DNA from: an uncultured SAR86 cluster bacterium
GTDB lineage: Bacteria; Pseudomonadota; Gammaproteobacteria; Magnimaribacterales; D2472
Length of the DNA stretch: 57,356 nucleotides
Direction: 5' to 3'
NCBI GenBank assembly: GCA_902556355.1
Contig: CACDVW010000004.1
Coordinates: 1-57,356 of the forward strand
Below, one piece after another: positions 46,703 to 57,356 of this stretch; position 1 is the stretch's first letter, and each line of letters opens with the position of its first letter. A program made the translations under genes and the position numbers. The notes beneath the pieces were generated by a model, which ran no database searches, was not told the origin of the DNA, and saw only the letters and a list, made by a program, of their open reading frames with translations.

Positions 46703-48121
46703 TTAAACAAGAATTTCAATGGTTTTTGAAACTCTTTTCCAAAGTTTTTTTTCTGCAGCGGTAGGCTTGGCTGATATATTATTAACAAAATGAACTAATA
46801 AATCATCAACAGAATTAAGATTATCAGATACTTTATTAAACTTATTTGTAAGCATTTCCATTTGAATTGATTGCCTTAACTGAGCTTCTTTTTTTAACGA
46901 ATCGATTCCTGCAAGTGCTTCTAATTTTACACATGCATATGTTAATGATTCACTACTAGATTTCTCTTGTGGTTTTTCATTTAATTTATTTTTTATAGAA
47001 GAGGGTACTTGATTCTTATCTAATTCATTATTTAAAAATGCATCAAGTAGATTTGTATATGAATCAATCTTATTTTGCTTTAGTCTTAACTCTTGTTCTT
47101 TTCTTTTATTATTAATTTGTTTTTGAATAGACTTGAATTCTTTTGTTTTAGAAATATTTTTTAAATCATTTAAACTTTTTAATACTTCATTAATTGAAAC
47201 CTTATCGCTTTTAAGTTGTGATAATAGCTCGTTAGCTTTTATAAGCTCAGCATCTATAACTTCTTTCTTGGCATTAAAGAATCTATCTGCGGATTTGTTA
47301 AATTTATCCCAAAGTTTATTATCAGCTTTCCTGCCAGCCGATCCTGCTTTTTTCCACTCATTCTTTAAATCGTTGAACTTCTTAATGCATGCATCATTAT
47401 CTTCATCTGATATCGCATTTACTTTTTCTATCAAAGATTCTTTAGCTTTTATGACTATTTGTTCTTGTTTTTTAATAGCATCATTAATAGGTTTCTTGGC
47501 TTCAAAATAGGCATTTCTTAATTTATTGAGATCTTTATCTAAAACCGGTGCATATTTTTGCCACTCATCAAAAGATTGTCTTAAAAATTGTATTAAGAAT
47601 TTAGGTTGAGGCCAGTTTGATGAATTATCTTGTACGTATTTATTAATATTATTAACAATCTCCATTCTTTTTGTAGCATTATTTATTTTTATTTGTTTTA
47701 GCTCATCAAAATATTCACTGCATGGTTCCCATGCTTTATTAGTTAATTCATTAAATTTATTCCATTGTTCTTTTGATGCAGGTCTGCTTGATAAATCAAG
47801 TAGCTGCCACTTAGTTTGAACATCATGAATTAAGTGCGCTTGTTTTTTTGGGCTTTCAAGAGGACTTTCTATGATAGTTGATATTTCTTTTATTAATTCT
47901 TCTCTTTTTGGATTAGTTGCGAAAGATGACATATCATCAAAATATCTTGATTGCCCAATAGCAAAATTAAGTTTATGCCTGAGTTTATTTGGTACTTTGT
48001 CTAACTCTTTAGACTTTATAATTACTTCTCTAACCTTTTTTTGAGCTACTTTTATCGAACCTTTTGAAAATAAAGATTCTGCTTCATCTAACTGTTTAAA
48101 TAAATCTTGACTTGTTTTCAC
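46703..48121 (-). CDS. DUF349-containing coiled-coil protein
   Basis: Repeats of the EWKKAG....DNKLWDKF....DRFF type. Confidence 0.8.
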   Translation of the reverse strand: MKTSQDLFKQLDEAESLFSKGSIKVAQKKVREVIIKSKELDKVPNKLRHKLNFAIGQSRYFDDMSSFATNPKREELIKEISTIIESPLESPKKQAHLIHDVQTKWQLLDLSSRPASKEQWNKFNELTNKAWEPCSEYFDELKQIKINNATKRMEIVNNINKYVQDNSSNWPQPKFLIQFLRQSFDEWQKYAPVLDKDLNKLRNAYFEAKKPINDAIKKQEQIVIKAKESLIEKVNAISDEDNDACIKKFNDLKNEWKKAGSAGRKADNKLWDKFNKSADRFFNAKKEVIDAELIKANELLSQLKSDKVSINEVLKSLNDLKNISKTKEFKSIQKQINNKRKEQELRLKQNKIDSYTNLLDAFLNNELDKNQVPSSIKNKLNEKPQEKSSSESLTYACVKLEALAGIDSLKKEAQLRQSIQMEMLTNKFNKVSDNLNSVDDLLVHFVNNISAKPTAAEKKLWKRVSKTIEILV

Positions 48122-48154
48122 ATTAATCTCTTTTGAAGTTTATAATTATACCAA

Positions 48155-49147
48155 ATGAAAAAACGAATTCTAACAGGTATTACAACAACTGGTACTCCTC
48201 ATATTGGAAATTATTTAGGTGCAATCAAACCTGCCTTAAAACAAGCAAAGAATTATGATGAATCTTATTATTTTTTAGCTGATTACCATGCAATTATTAA
48301 AAATTCTGATAATAAAGAAGTATCTGAGTCTGTAAAAAATGTTGCTCTAGCATGGCTTGCTTCAGGTCTTGATGTGGATAAATCCTTTTTTTATCGACAA
48401 TCAGATATACCAGAAATTCTTGAGCTTAGCTGGATTTTAAACTGTGTAACAGCAAAGGGGTTAATGAATAGATCACACGCCTACAAGGCTGCTATTAATA
48501 ATAACAAAGGAGATGAGGATAAGGGCATAACAATGGGCCTTTTTTCATACCCAATACTTATGGCTGCTGATATTTTAATGTTTAACGCTACTCATGTTCC
48601 TGTTGGGGCTGATCAAATTCAACATCTTGAAATGACAAGAGATATTGCTGCTAGGTTCAATCATATATACAAAAAAACTTTTGAATTACCCGAAGCTATT
48701 ATCCAATCTAAGAAGGACACAGTTCCTGGTACTGATGGTCAAAAAATGTCTAAATCTTATGGGAATATAATTCCATTATTATCTACTGAAAAACAACTAA
48801 AAAAAGCTATAGCAAAGGTAGTAACAAATTCATTAGAACCTGGTGAGCCTAAAGATTCATCTAACTGTACGATATTTAAGCTATATAAATATTTTGCTTC
48901 AGATGAAATGATAAAAGAATTTGAAAATGACTATAAGGGTGGAATAGGTTGGGGTGATGCTAAAAATAAATTATTTAATGTTGTTAATAATGAAATGACT
49001 CCAGTAAGAGAAAAATATGATTCTTTGGTTAATGATAAGAATTTACTTAACGATTTATTAAACGAAGGTTCTAAAAAGGTAAGACCCATAGCCCAAGAAA
49101 TGTTATCTTCCATCAGAGATAGTATAGGTATAAAGAATATATCTTAA
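48155..49147 (+). CDS. trpS: Tryptophan--tRNA ligase
   Basis: HIGN, YPILMAADIL, VPVGADQIQH, KMSKS. Confidence 0.97.
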   Translation: MKKRILTGITTTGTPHIGNYLGAIKPALKQAKNYDESYYFLADYHAIIKNSDNKEVSESVKNVALAWLASGLDVDKSFFYRQSDIPEILELSWILNCVTAKGLMNRSHAYKAAINNNKGDEDKGITMGLFSYPILMAADILMFNATHVPVGADQIQHLEMTRDIAARFNHIYKKTFELPEAIIQSKKDTVPGTDGQKMSKSYGNIIPLLSTEKQLKKAIAKVVTNSLEPGEPKDSSNCTIFKLYKYFASDEMIKEFENDYKGGIGWGDAKNKLFNVVNNEMTPVREKYDSLVNDKNLLNDLLNEGSKKVRPIAQEMLSSIRDSIGIKNIS

Positions 49148-50331
49148 TGAATAATTCTGGCTCTTCTTGGCTTAAATTTGGCCTATTCACAGTTGGATTG
49201 GGCCAATCATTTGTTTTTGTTATTGTTCCACCTCTAGCAAGAGAGTTGGGTTTATCAGAGGTACAAACATCCTCTATATTTGCATTCTCAGCTATTGGCT
49301 GGGCTTTAACCAGTGCAGCATGGGGAAGGGCTAGTGATAAGTATGGAAGAAGAAATATTGCTATTCTTGGTCTTCTTGGATACTCAGCATCATTAATAGC
49401 AATGATAACGCCATTAATTTTAGTTGAAAAAAAATTATTAGATTTAGTTTTTCTTTTTCCACTATTAGTATTTGGTCGGATGTTAAATGGTTTATTGGGA
49501 TCAGGAACTAGACCAGCTTCTTTTGCATATGTCGCAGACACATCATCACCAGATAAAAGAACTGTTAAATTTGCTCGACTTGAATCAAGTTTTTTAATTG
49601 GCACAGTTGCAGGACCTTTGATTGGCGGTTTCTTAATTCTTATTTCAAAAGAAACACCATTTTATGTTTTTAGCATTCTTGCAATTATTGCTTCTATAGG
49701 TATTTATAAAAATCTTGAGAATAAATCTTCATTAAGATCAAATAATATAAAATCATCACAAAAAGTATCATGGACATCAAATACAGTATGGCCTTTTTTA
49801 TTTGTAGCCTCTATATCTAGCTTATGTCTTGCTTCATTAATTCAAACTATTGGTTTTTATCTTTTTGATACATTTTCTAGTATTGAAGATCTACCTGTTG
49901 TAATTAGTATGACTTTTGCTCTTCTTTCTATTTCAACAATAGTTAGTCAGTATATTTTTACTGATGCCTTTCCATTATCAAATAATAAATTATTGATATA
50001 CGGTATTTTATTATTATCTTTTTCATATACTGTCATGGCTTCATATCCAAAGATTTCAGTTTATTATTTAGCTATTATTGTTAATGGTTTAGGTGGTGGG
50101 TTACTACGTCCAGCCATATCATCTTCATTGTCACTAGCACAATCACCTGAGCATCAGGGGTCGGTAGCAGGCTACTTAGGATCTGTTTATCCTATAGGTC
50201 ACATTTTGACGCCTGTACTTGCTATGCCAATATATGCCTATAATCCTGCATATTTATACTATTTTTCTTCGATTCTATGTTTAATATGCTTTATATTTAT
50301 AATTACAAATCCTGTATTTAAACAAAAATAG
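49147..50331 (+). CDS. MFS transporter
   Basis: WGRASDKYGRR motif A; GPLIGG; about 12 TMs. Confidence 0.9.
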   Translation: MNNSGSSWLKFGLFTVGLGQSFVFVIVPPLARELGLSEVQTSSIFAFSAIGWALTSAAWGRASDKYGRRNIAILGLLGYSASLIAMITPLILVEKKLLDLVFLFPLLVFGRMLNGLLGSGTRPASFAYVADTSSPDKRTVKFARLESSFLIGTVAGPLIGGFLILISKETPFYVFSILAIIASIGIYKNLENKSSLRSNNIKSSQKVSWTSNTVWPFLFVASISSLCLASLIQTIGFYLFDTFSSIEDLPVVISMTFALLSISTIVSQYIFTDAFPLSNNKLLIYGILLLSFSYTVMASYPKISVYYLAIIVNGLGGGLLRPAISSSLSLAQSPEHQGSVAGYLGSVYPIGHILTPVLAMPIYAYNPAYLYYFSSILCLICFIFIITNPVFKQK

Positions 50332-50337
50332 CTATAT

Positions 50338-51354
50338 ATGAAGAAAGCACTGTTAATTATTAATCTAGGAACACCCGATAGCCCTTCGTACTGGAGTGTT
50401 TTTAAATATTTAAGAGAATTTTTATCTGATGAGAAAGTATTAAATATTAATCCTGTATTAAGATTTTTATTAGTTAATTTTATCATTTGTCCATTTAGGT
50501 CCCTCAGTTCTTCAAAAATATATAAAAAAGTATGGCACTCTGGATATGGTTCACCCTTGCTTCATAATACTAAAGAGTTAGCAAAAGTTTTATCTAGTAA
50601 ATTGCCTAATATCAATATTAGGTATGCAATGCGTTATCAATCACCGTCAATTAAAAATGTTTTAGATGAAATGCTTTTAGAGAATCCTGATGAATTAATA
50701 ATCTTACCTCTATTTCCTCATTATGCAGCAGCTACTACTGGATCAGTTTATAAGGAAGTTTCAAAGTGTTTAGGCGAAAAATGGGTTGTACCAAAAATAA
50801 CTTTTATTAATCAATTTTATGACAATCCATTATTCATTGATGCATGGATAGATAAAGCAAAACAATTTGATATAAATTCATATGACAAGATTATTTTTAG
50901 TTATCATGGAGTACCTAACAGCCATGTTGATAATGTTTATCCAGATAGCTTATGTTCTGACAATGATTGTGAACTCGGCATTACTGATAAAAATAAATTT
51001 TGTTATAAAGCTACAGTTTATGAAACTACAAAACTTATTGCAGATAAACTAAATTTAGATAAGTCAAAATACGAGGTAACATTTCAATCAAGGCTTACTA
51101 ACAAGTGGTTAGCCCCATTTACAGACAAGGTTTTAGAAGAATTACCTCTAAATAATCACAAGAAAGTACTTGTTTTCTCACCTGCTTTTACAGCTGACTG
51201 TCTAGAAACAATTATTGAAATTGGAGACGAGTATCAAGAATTATTTATTGAGGCAGGTGGTGAAATTCTTGATTATGTTCCTTCTCTTAATTATTCTGAT
51301 AAGTGGGCTGAATCCTTAATAGATATAGCAAATCTTGGAGATAATAATGTTTAA
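50338..51354 (+). CDS. hemH: Ferrochelatase
   Basis: NLGTP, AMRY, PLFPHY, FSYHGVP, FQSR, FTADCLET..EI. Confidence 0.96.
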   Translation: MKKALLIINLGTPDSPSYWSVFKYLREFLSDEKVLNINPVLRFLLVNFIICPFRSLSSSKIYKKVWHSGYGSPLLHNTKELAKVLSSKLPNINIRYAMRYQSPSIKNVLDEMLLENPDELIILPLFPHYAAATTGSVYKEVSKCLGEKWVVPKITFINQFYDNPLFIDAWIDKAKQFDINSYDKIIFSYHGVPNSHVDNVYPDSLCSDNDCELGITDKNKFCYKATVYETTKLIADKLNLDKSKYEVTFQSRLTNKWLAPFTDKVLEELPLNNHKKVLVFSPAFTADCLETIIEIGDEYQELFIEAGGEILDYVPSLNYSDKWAESLIDIANLGDNNV

Positions 51355-52219
51355 AAAAGATTTATTGAAAGGTAAAAGAATCCTTGTTACAGGTGGTGGA
51401 ACTGGTCTTGGAAAAGAAATGGCATCTCATTATGGCCAACATGGAGCAAATCTATATATATGTGGAAGAAGAGAGAACGTCCTTAAAGATACTGCTACTG
51501 AAATTGAAGATAAATATGGCGTAAAGGTAAATTATGAAACTCTAGATATTAGAGCTTCCTCTGATGTTGAAAGTTACATTGATGGAATATTTCAAGAAGG
51601 TCCTTTAGATGGCTTAGTCAATAATGCTGCCGGGAATTTTATTTCACCTACTAAGGATTTATCTCATAAAGGATTTGATGCAATAGCTAATATAGTTTTT
51701 CATGGCACCTTTTATATAACACATTCAGTCGGTAAAAGATGGATTGAGCAAAAACATAAAGGTTCAATTATTTCTATCTTAACTACTTGGGTTTGGACTG
51801 GATCACCATACGTTGTTCCATCTGCTATGTCTAAGTCAGGTCTGCATGCTATGACTCAATCATTAGCAGCAGAATGGGGAAAATATGGAATTAAAGTCAA
51901 TGCTATAGCTCCTGGCCCATTTCCTACTAAAGGAGCTTGGGATAGGCTTAACCCCGGTGGTGACAACGACTCTGATTTTATGGGTAGTGTTCCGGTTGGA
52001 AGACTTGGAGAAATGAATGAACTACAAAACTTGGCAACCTTTTTAATGGCTGATGGTTGCGATTATCTGACTGGTCAGACTATAGCAATTGATGGAGCTC
52101 AATATCTTACAGGTGGTGGTACTTTTTCGGCATTAGATAAAGTTAGTGAAGAAGATTGGGAACAGCTCAGAGCTATGATAAGGTCTTCAAATGATAAAGA
52201 TAAAGCAAATAGAAGTTAG
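51347..52219 (+). CDS. SDR oxidoreductase, 2,4-dienoyl-CoA reductase-like
   Basis: TGGGTGLG, NNAAGNF, PSAMSK, NAIAPGP; GGAG RBS before ATG 51347. Confidence 0.88.
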   Translation: MFKKDLLKGKRILVTGGGTGLGKEMASHYGQHGANLYICGRRENVLKDTATEIEDKYGVKVNYETLDIRASSDVESYIDGIFQEGPLDGLVNNAAGNFISPTKDLSHKGFDAIANIVFHGTFYITHSVGKRWIEQKHKGSIISILTTWVWTGSPYVVPSAMSKSGLHAMTQSLAAEWGKYGIKVNAIAPGPFPTKGAWDRLNPGGDNDSDFMGSVPVGRLGEMNELQNLATFLMADGCDYLTGQTIAIDGAQYLTGGGTFSALDKVSEEDWEQLRAMIRSSNDKDKANRS

Positions 52220-52228
52220 GGGGTAATT

Positions 52229-53659
52229 ATGGATACTAATACACAAGACATGCAAAGAATACTCGATGCACAAAAGAATCATTTCATTAAAGAAGGTGCT
52301 CCTTCTATAGAATTGAGAGTTGATAGATTAAATAGACTAAAAAATCTTATTATGGAAAATAGATATGATTTTGTTGATGCGCTAAATGAAGATTATGGGA
52401 ATAGATCAAAAAACACATCAATAATGACAGATGCATATAGCATAATCCCTGATATTAATAATGCTATTAAAAATATCAAGAAATGGACTAAAGTAGAAAA
52501 ACGTTCTTCAAATTTCCCATTTGGATTATTTGGAGCAAAATCATATGTTAAGCATGAACCATTAGGAACTGTGGGAATGATATCTCCATGGAATTTTCCT
52601 GTTAATTTATCTTTTGGACCACTTGCAGCAATCTTTGCCGCTGGTAATCAGGTTATGCATAAACCAAGTGAATTAACTCCTATCACATCTGAACTAATTA
52701 AAAGTCTTTGTGATAAAGCATATGATGAAAATGAGTTTGCTACATTCTTAGGAGGTCCTGAAGTAGGTGAAGCATTTACAAAACTTCATTTTGATCACCT
52801 TTTATATACAGGTTCCGGAAATATCGGAAAACATGTTATGCAATCTGCATCTCAAAATCTTGTCCCAGTTACTCTTGAGCTTGGAGGAAAATCACCAGTT
52901 GTAATAGGTAATTCAGCTGATATGAAAGTTTCAGCAAAAAGAATTATGTTTGGTAAGACTCTTAATGCAGGGCAGATTTGTCTTGCTCCTGACTATGTCA
53001 TTGTTCATAAAGAAAAAAAGGATGAGTTTATCTCTGAAGTAGAGAACGCTATTAATGAATATTATCCATCTATTAAAGATAACGATGATTATTCATCTAT
53101 TATTAATCAACGACATTTTGATAGGATTAATTCATTGGTAGAAGATGCTAGGGAAAAGGGTGCAGATATTAATGAAATCAACCCATCCAATGAAGATTTT
53201 TCTCAACAACAATTTTATAAAATACCACCAACAATTGTTACTAATACTTCAGATGATATGAAAATTATGCAAGAAGAGATATTTGGTCCTGTTTTACCAG
53301 TCTTAGAATATGAAGATTTAAGTGAAGCTCTTTCGACTATAAATTCAAAAGATAGACCTCTAGGATTGTATTATTTTGGTAATGATAAAAATGAAGAGGA
53401 AAAAATAATGTCTAATACATCTTCTGGTGGAGTTACTATCAATAATGTTGTTGGCCACATACAACAAAAAGATTTACCTTTTGGAGGGGTGGGACCATCC
53501 GGAATGGGCAGATATCAATCTTTTGATGGTTTTAAAAACTTTTCAAACCCAAGAGCTTTTTACAAAGATGTTGGATTTAAGTTTGATAAATTATTTGAGG
53601 GTATTAGACCTCCATATACAAAAAGCATAGAGAACCTAATTAAAGGATTATTAAAATAA
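52229..53659 (+). CDS. Aldehyde dehydrogenase (coniferyl aldehyde dehydrogenase-like)
   Basis: PWNFP, KPSE, LELGGKSP, NAGQICLAPDY, EEIFGP, PFGGVG.SGMG. Confidence 0.92.
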   Translation: MDTNTQDMQRILDAQKNHFIKEGAPSIELRVDRLNRLKNLIMENRYDFVDALNEDYGNRSKNTSIMTDAYSIIPDINNAIKNIKKWTKVEKRSSNFPFGLFGAKSYVKHEPLGTVGMISPWNFPVNLSFGPLAAIFAAGNQVMHKPSELTPITSELIKSLCDKAYDENEFATFLGGPEVGEAFTKLHFDHLLYTGSGNIGKHVMQSASQNLVPVTLELGGKSPVVIGNSADMKVSAKRIMFGKTLNAGQICLAPDYVIVHKEKKDEFISEVENAINEYYPSIKDNDDYSSIINQRHFDRINSLVEDAREKGADINEINPSNEDFSQQQFYKIPPTIVTNTSDDMKIMQEEIFGPVLPVLEYEDLSEALSTINSKDRPLGLYYFGNDKNEEEKIMSNTSSGGVTINNVVGHIQQKDLPFGGVGPSGMGRYQSFDGFKNFSNPRAFYKDVGFKFDKLFEGIRPPYTKSIENLIKGLLK

Positions 53660-53666
53660 TAGTCTT

Positions 53667-54890
53667 GTGTTCAAATTACCTCTTAAATTAGCTTTTAAGT
53701 ACTTTAAATCTAATAAAGGAGGTATTTTTTCTTTCACTTCCTTTTTAGCTGTATCAGGTCTCTCAATTGGCATAGCAAGTTTAATTATTGTGATGTCAGT
53801 AATGAATGGCTTTGAAAAAGAATTACAAAATAGGATTCTTGGAGTTGTACCACATGCAGTTATATTTTCTGAAGAACCCATAAAAGATTATCAAACTTTA
53901 ATATCAAAGATTAAAACAAATGATCAGGTGATTGAGGCAGTACCATTTATCTCATTCCAAGCTTTGGCTACTTATCAAACTTTAAGTAAAGGAATATCTA
54001 TAAATGGTATTGATGTAGAGGGTGAGAAAAGAGTTTCAATACTACCTGATTACATGATTTATGGTTCCTTGGATAACTTGAACAAGGATAACTCAATAAT
54101 TATTGGATCTTGGTTAGCGTCCTATTTAGGAATTTTTGTTGGAGACAAGATAAATATAACAACTTCTGATATTAAATCTTCGATTATTGGTTCTTATCCA
54201 AAATCTGTATCACTAGAAGTTGTTGGTATATTTGAACTAAGAGCTGAAATAGATCAATCTTTAGCTTTAATCTCTCATGATTTAGCTCAAAAATTTAAGT
54301 CCTTAAAAGATGAAACCTTATCTATCCGAATTAAAACATCTAATTTATTTATTGCTGATAAAATAGCTTTTGATGCAATACCAGAAGATACAGGCCTTGT
54401 TTCATCATCTTGGAAAGAAACGCACGGAACATTATTTGAAGCAATACAATTTGAAAAACTTCTAATTGGATTAATGTTATTTTTAATTGTTGGAGTAGCG
54501 TCAATACTAGTTCTTTCGACAATAGTTATGACAGTGAAATCAAAAGAAAGAGAGGTTGGTATCCTCAAAACAATAGGAGCTAATAATAACCAACTTGTTA
54601 TGATTTTTTTCTTCCAAGGATTAATGGTTAGTATGATAGGTTTAATTTTTGGGCTTGTTATTGGTTTATTAATAACATTTAATCTAAATAATTTTATAAC
54701 CTTTCTTGAATCCCTCCTTCAAAGAAACTTATTAGAAGCTTATTTTATTAATTACTTTCCATATTATGTTAACTATGGACAAATACTTTTAATTTGTTCC
54801 CTTTCATTTATTTTTAGTGTTATTTCTTCTCTATTACCAGCCTTAAGAGTTATAAAACTAAATCCAATAGAGATTCTTAGGCATGAATAA
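53667..54890 (+). CDS. lolE: Lipoprotein-releasing ABC transporter permease (LolC/E)
   Basis: LIIVMSVMNGFEKEL..RILG..PH, REVGILKTIGA, PAL....P.EILRHE. Confidence 0.9.
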   Translation: MFKLPLKLAFKYFKSNKGGIFSFTSFLAVSGLSIGIASLIIVMSVMNGFEKELQNRILGVVPHAVIFSEEPIKDYQTLISKIKTNDQVIEAVPFISFQALATYQTLSKGISINGIDVEGEKRVSILPDYMIYGSLDNLNKDNSIIIGSWLASYLGIFVGDKINITTSDIKSSIIGSYPKSVSLEVVGIFELRAEIDQSLALISHDLAQKFKSLKDETLSIRIKTSNLFIADKIAFDAIPEDTGLVSSSWKETHGTLFEAIQFEKLLIGLMLFLIVGVASILVLSTIVMTVKSKEREVGILKTIGANNNQLVMIFFFQGLMVSMIGLIFGLVIGLLITFNLNNFITFLESLLQRNLLEAYFINYFPYYVNYGQILLICSLSFIFSVISSLLPALRVIKLNPIEILRHE

Positions 54891-55551
54891 AATTGAATGC
54901 ATTAATTTAAGTAAATCTTTCTTTGTTGATAACAATGAAATAGAAGTTTTAGATAATATAAATATATCAATCAAAAGAGGTGATTTGGTTGCTCTCTCAG
55001 GTAGATCTGGTGCAGGCAAGTCAACACTACTTCAAATTTTAGCATCTCTAGATACTCTATCCTCAGGATTAATTAAATATGATGATAAATTAATAACATC
55101 TTTTAATAATTCTGATTTAAGCAATATAAGACTTAATAATTTTGGTTTTGTTTATCAATTTCATCACTTACTTGAAGATTTAACAGTTATCGAAAATATT
55201 TTGATACCACTTGAAATTGCAAATAAAACAATAGATAAATCAGAAGTAAGTAAAATAATTGATGAAGTTGATCTATCTCATCGTACTAATCATCTCCCTT
55301 GGAAATTATCAGGTGGTGAAAAGCAACGAGTAGCTATAGCTAGAGCATTGATAAATAAACCAAATTTCATATTTTTAGACGAACCGACAGGAAATCTTGA
55401 TGAATATAATGCAGAAATTATTCAAAACCTGCTGTTAGATATTTCTTGCAGACACAACATAGCTCTTATAACAGCTACTCATGATAGTAACTTTATAAAA
55501 AACTTTGATAAAATCTATAAGATTCAAGATATGAATCTAAATGAGGTATAA
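54883..55551 (+). CDS. lolD: Lipoprotein-releasing ABC transporter ATPase
   Basis: GRSGAGKST, GFVYQFHHLL, LSGGEKQR, DEPTGNLD. Confidence 0.93.
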   Translation: MNKIECINLSKSFFVDNNEIEVLDNINISIKRGDLVALSGRSGAGKSTLLQILASLDTLSSGLIKYDDKLITSFNNSDLSNIRLNNFGFVYQFHHLLEDLTVIENILIPLEIANKTIDKSEVSKIIDEVDLSHRTNHLPWKLSGGEKQRVAIARALINKPNFIFLDEPTGNLDEYNAEIIQNLLLDISCRHNIALITATHDSNFIKNFDKIYKIQDMNLNEV

Positions 55552-56151
55552 ATGACAGAGTTTATAATTGCTGGAGGCCCTTTTATGTGGCCTTTGCTCG
55601 CTTGTAGCATATTAATTATAACTATTGCAGTTGAGCGATTATGGTTCTTACAAATTAGGCTTGTTTCTCCAAATGGACTAACCAATCAAATTGTTAATCT
55701 TTTTAATAAAAACCTCATAAATAATCAACAGGCCGATGAAATAGCAGAGTTGTCATCATTAGGATTTCTTCTTATCTCTTGTATTAAATATAAAGATCTT
55801 CCAAGAGAAAACTTAGAGTCAAAGATTGAAGAAAAAGCAATTGAAGTTAAATACTCTCTGGAAAGAAATTTAAATATGTTAGGAACTATAGCAACCATCA
55901 GTCCACTACTAGGTCTTCTAGGAACCGTTATTGGAATGATTACAGCTTTTACTGGTCTAAGTGAAGTTACAGGAGCTAATCCCGATGCCTTGGCCGCAGG
56001 CATATCACAGGCTTTGATTACAACTGCTTTTGGATTGTTTATAGCTGTTCCAGGTCTTGTACTTCATAAATACTTTGAACAAAAAGTATCATTTCTTTTA
56101 ATTTCTCTTCAAGTTGAAGTTTCTAGATTTATTGATGTTATTAATAAATGA
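55552..56151 (+). CDS. exbB: MotA/TolQ/ExbB proton channel protein
   Basis: [33 protein letters not shown]. Confidence 0.9.
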   Translation: MTEFIIAGGPFMWPLLACSILIITIAVERLWFLQIRLVSPNGLTNQIVNLFNKNLINNQQADEIAELSSLGFLLISCIKYKDLPRENLESKIEEKAIEVKYSLERNLNMLGTIATISPLLGLLGTVIGMITAFTGLSEVTGANPDALAAGISQALITTAFGLFIAVPGLVLHKYFEQKVSFLLISLQVEVSRFIDVINK

Positions 56152-56552
56152 AATTTATTAATCAAGAAAAATCTTCGTTTTCTATAGAAATTACACCTTT
56201 AATAGATATTGTATTCTTATTAGTGATTTTTTTTGTTGTTACATCTAAAGTAGGGGATTCACAATTTTTATCATTAGATCTACCGAAGACTGAATCTTTT
56301 GAATATAGCCTTGTCGAAATTAATAATGAGATATCAGTTACTTCAAGTGGAAATGTTTATATAAACGGAGAAATTTATAACATCAATAATTTAGATCGGA
56401 TTGAACAGGCTATATTTGATCTTAATAATAATTCTAACTCCATAGTGCTAAGCGCAGAATCTGCCTCTCTTCATATATGGATAGTAGGTATAATGGATAT
56501 ACTAAATAAGAATGGATTTGATGAGGTTCAAATAAGAACTATAGAAAAATGA
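56148..56552 (+). CDS. exbD: ExbD/TolR family protein
   Basis: [19 protein letters not shown]. Confidence 0.9.
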   Translation: MKFINQEKSSFSIEITPLIDIVFLLVIFFVVTSKVGDSQFLSLDLPKTESFEYSLVEINNEISVTSSGNVYINGEIYNINNLDRIEQAIFDLNNNSNSIVLSAESASLHIWIVGIMDILNKNGFDEVQIRTIEK

Positions 56553-57356
56553 AAATTGGCAGTTTAAGGCGTATTCTCGGTTACACCTATAGATATAGGT
56601 GGTCTTTTCTAATTAGTGTCATAGGGTTTATTAGTTTTGCCGCTGCAGATATTGCAGCTGTAGAGTGGATTAGAAGAATTATTAGCTATATTGATTCTGA
56701 TGATGAAAGTTTAAATACCATTTTGGCAATGTCTTTAATATTTATTGCTATTGGAAGAGGTTTGGGCTTTTTTATAGGTAACTATTTTATGTCTAGAGTC
56801 GGTTTTGGAATTGTTCATGATTTAAGAGCAGAATTATTTCAAAAATTGCATGATTTACCAAAATCTTATTTTGATGCAAATCAATCAGGACAATTAATTA
56901 ATAGAATTACGTTTACTACAACGCAAGTCTCAGGTGCCGCATCAAATGCTGTTAAAACATTTGTAAGAGAAGGTTTTTTACTAGTTGGTCTTTTTTCGTA
57001 TCTAATGTTCTTAAATTACAAATTAACATTATTGTTAATTGTTACAGCACCACTAATAGCCTTAATAGTTTATGTAGCAGGAAAAAGGTTAAAGAAACTT
57101 GCAACAAAAATACAAACAGCGATGGGTGATGTTACACATATTGCATCTGAAGCTGTTGATGGTCACGTTGAGATTAAAAGTTTTAATGCTGAAGAGTATG
57201 AAAATAGAAGATTTTTAAAAGCCAATGCTTCAAATAAAAATCAAAACTTGAAACTTGAAGCAACAGGAAATTTAGCAACACCTATAATTCAAATACTAGT
57301 ATCAGTCTCACTCTCACTAGTTGCTTATTTTGCTTTAGGTTCTCAGTTAGGTATTA
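56549..57356 (+). CDS. msbA: Lipid A flippase (3'-truncated by window edge; not in ORF track)
   Basis: ATGA overlap with exbD; open frame encoding an ABC transmembrane domain (VHDLRAELF...SGQLINRITF...QV); exbB-exbD-msbA synteny. Confidence 0.88.
   Translation, partial: MKIGSLRRILGYTYRYRWSFLISVIGFISFAAADIAAVEWIRRIISYIDSDDESLNTILAMSLIFIAIGRGLGFFIGNYFMSRVGFGIVHDLRAELFQKLHDLPKSYFDANQSGQLINRITFTTTQVSGAASNAVKTFVREGFLLVGLFSYLMFLNYKLTLLLIVTAPLIALIVYVAGKRLKKLATKIQTAMGDVTHIASEAVDGHVEIKSFNAEEYENRRFLKANASNKNQNLKLEATGNLATPIIQILVSVSLSLVAYFALGSQLGI

Noticed and set aside
3417-56003. Short overlapping ORFs in the track (e.g. 3417, 3858, 13428, 32860, 39313, 47133, 49113, 54287, 55725)
   Set aside because: They lie antisense or out of frame within well-supported genes and show no recognisable motifs.

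Overview
This is an AT-rich, tightly packed bacterial chromosome segment. Gammaproteobacterial gene order (lolE-lolD-exbB-exbD-msbA, trpS, hemH), four TonB-dependent receptors and tiny spacers suggest a streamlined marine lineage such as SAR86 (inference only). The left part (1-21.7 kb) holds two TBDR/BCCT/TPR-sulfotransferase units, methyl-transfer enzymes and several unannotated small ORFs. The right part (42.8-57.4 kb) is lipid-metabolism and housekeeping genes. The main feature is a ~21 kb integrative element (21764-42744) sitting upstream of an intact tRNA-Ser(UGA). It duplicates the 5' half of the tRNA up to the end of the anticodon loop. Its ~4 kb satellite-like backbone encodes a tyrosine integrase, endonuclease VII, two HTH proteins, a Zn-finger protein and a RepA-like helicase, with no capsid, terminase or conjugation genes. 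It carries two cargo modules, each headed by an identical 223-bp attL-like repeat with its own tRNA-type promoter: a Cpx-like two-component/TBDR/Spy module and a complete alpha-glucan utilisation locus. The layout suggests a tycheposon-like element that accretes cassettes at the tRNA and has nested excision options. All calls come from reading motifs by eye; no database searches were run.
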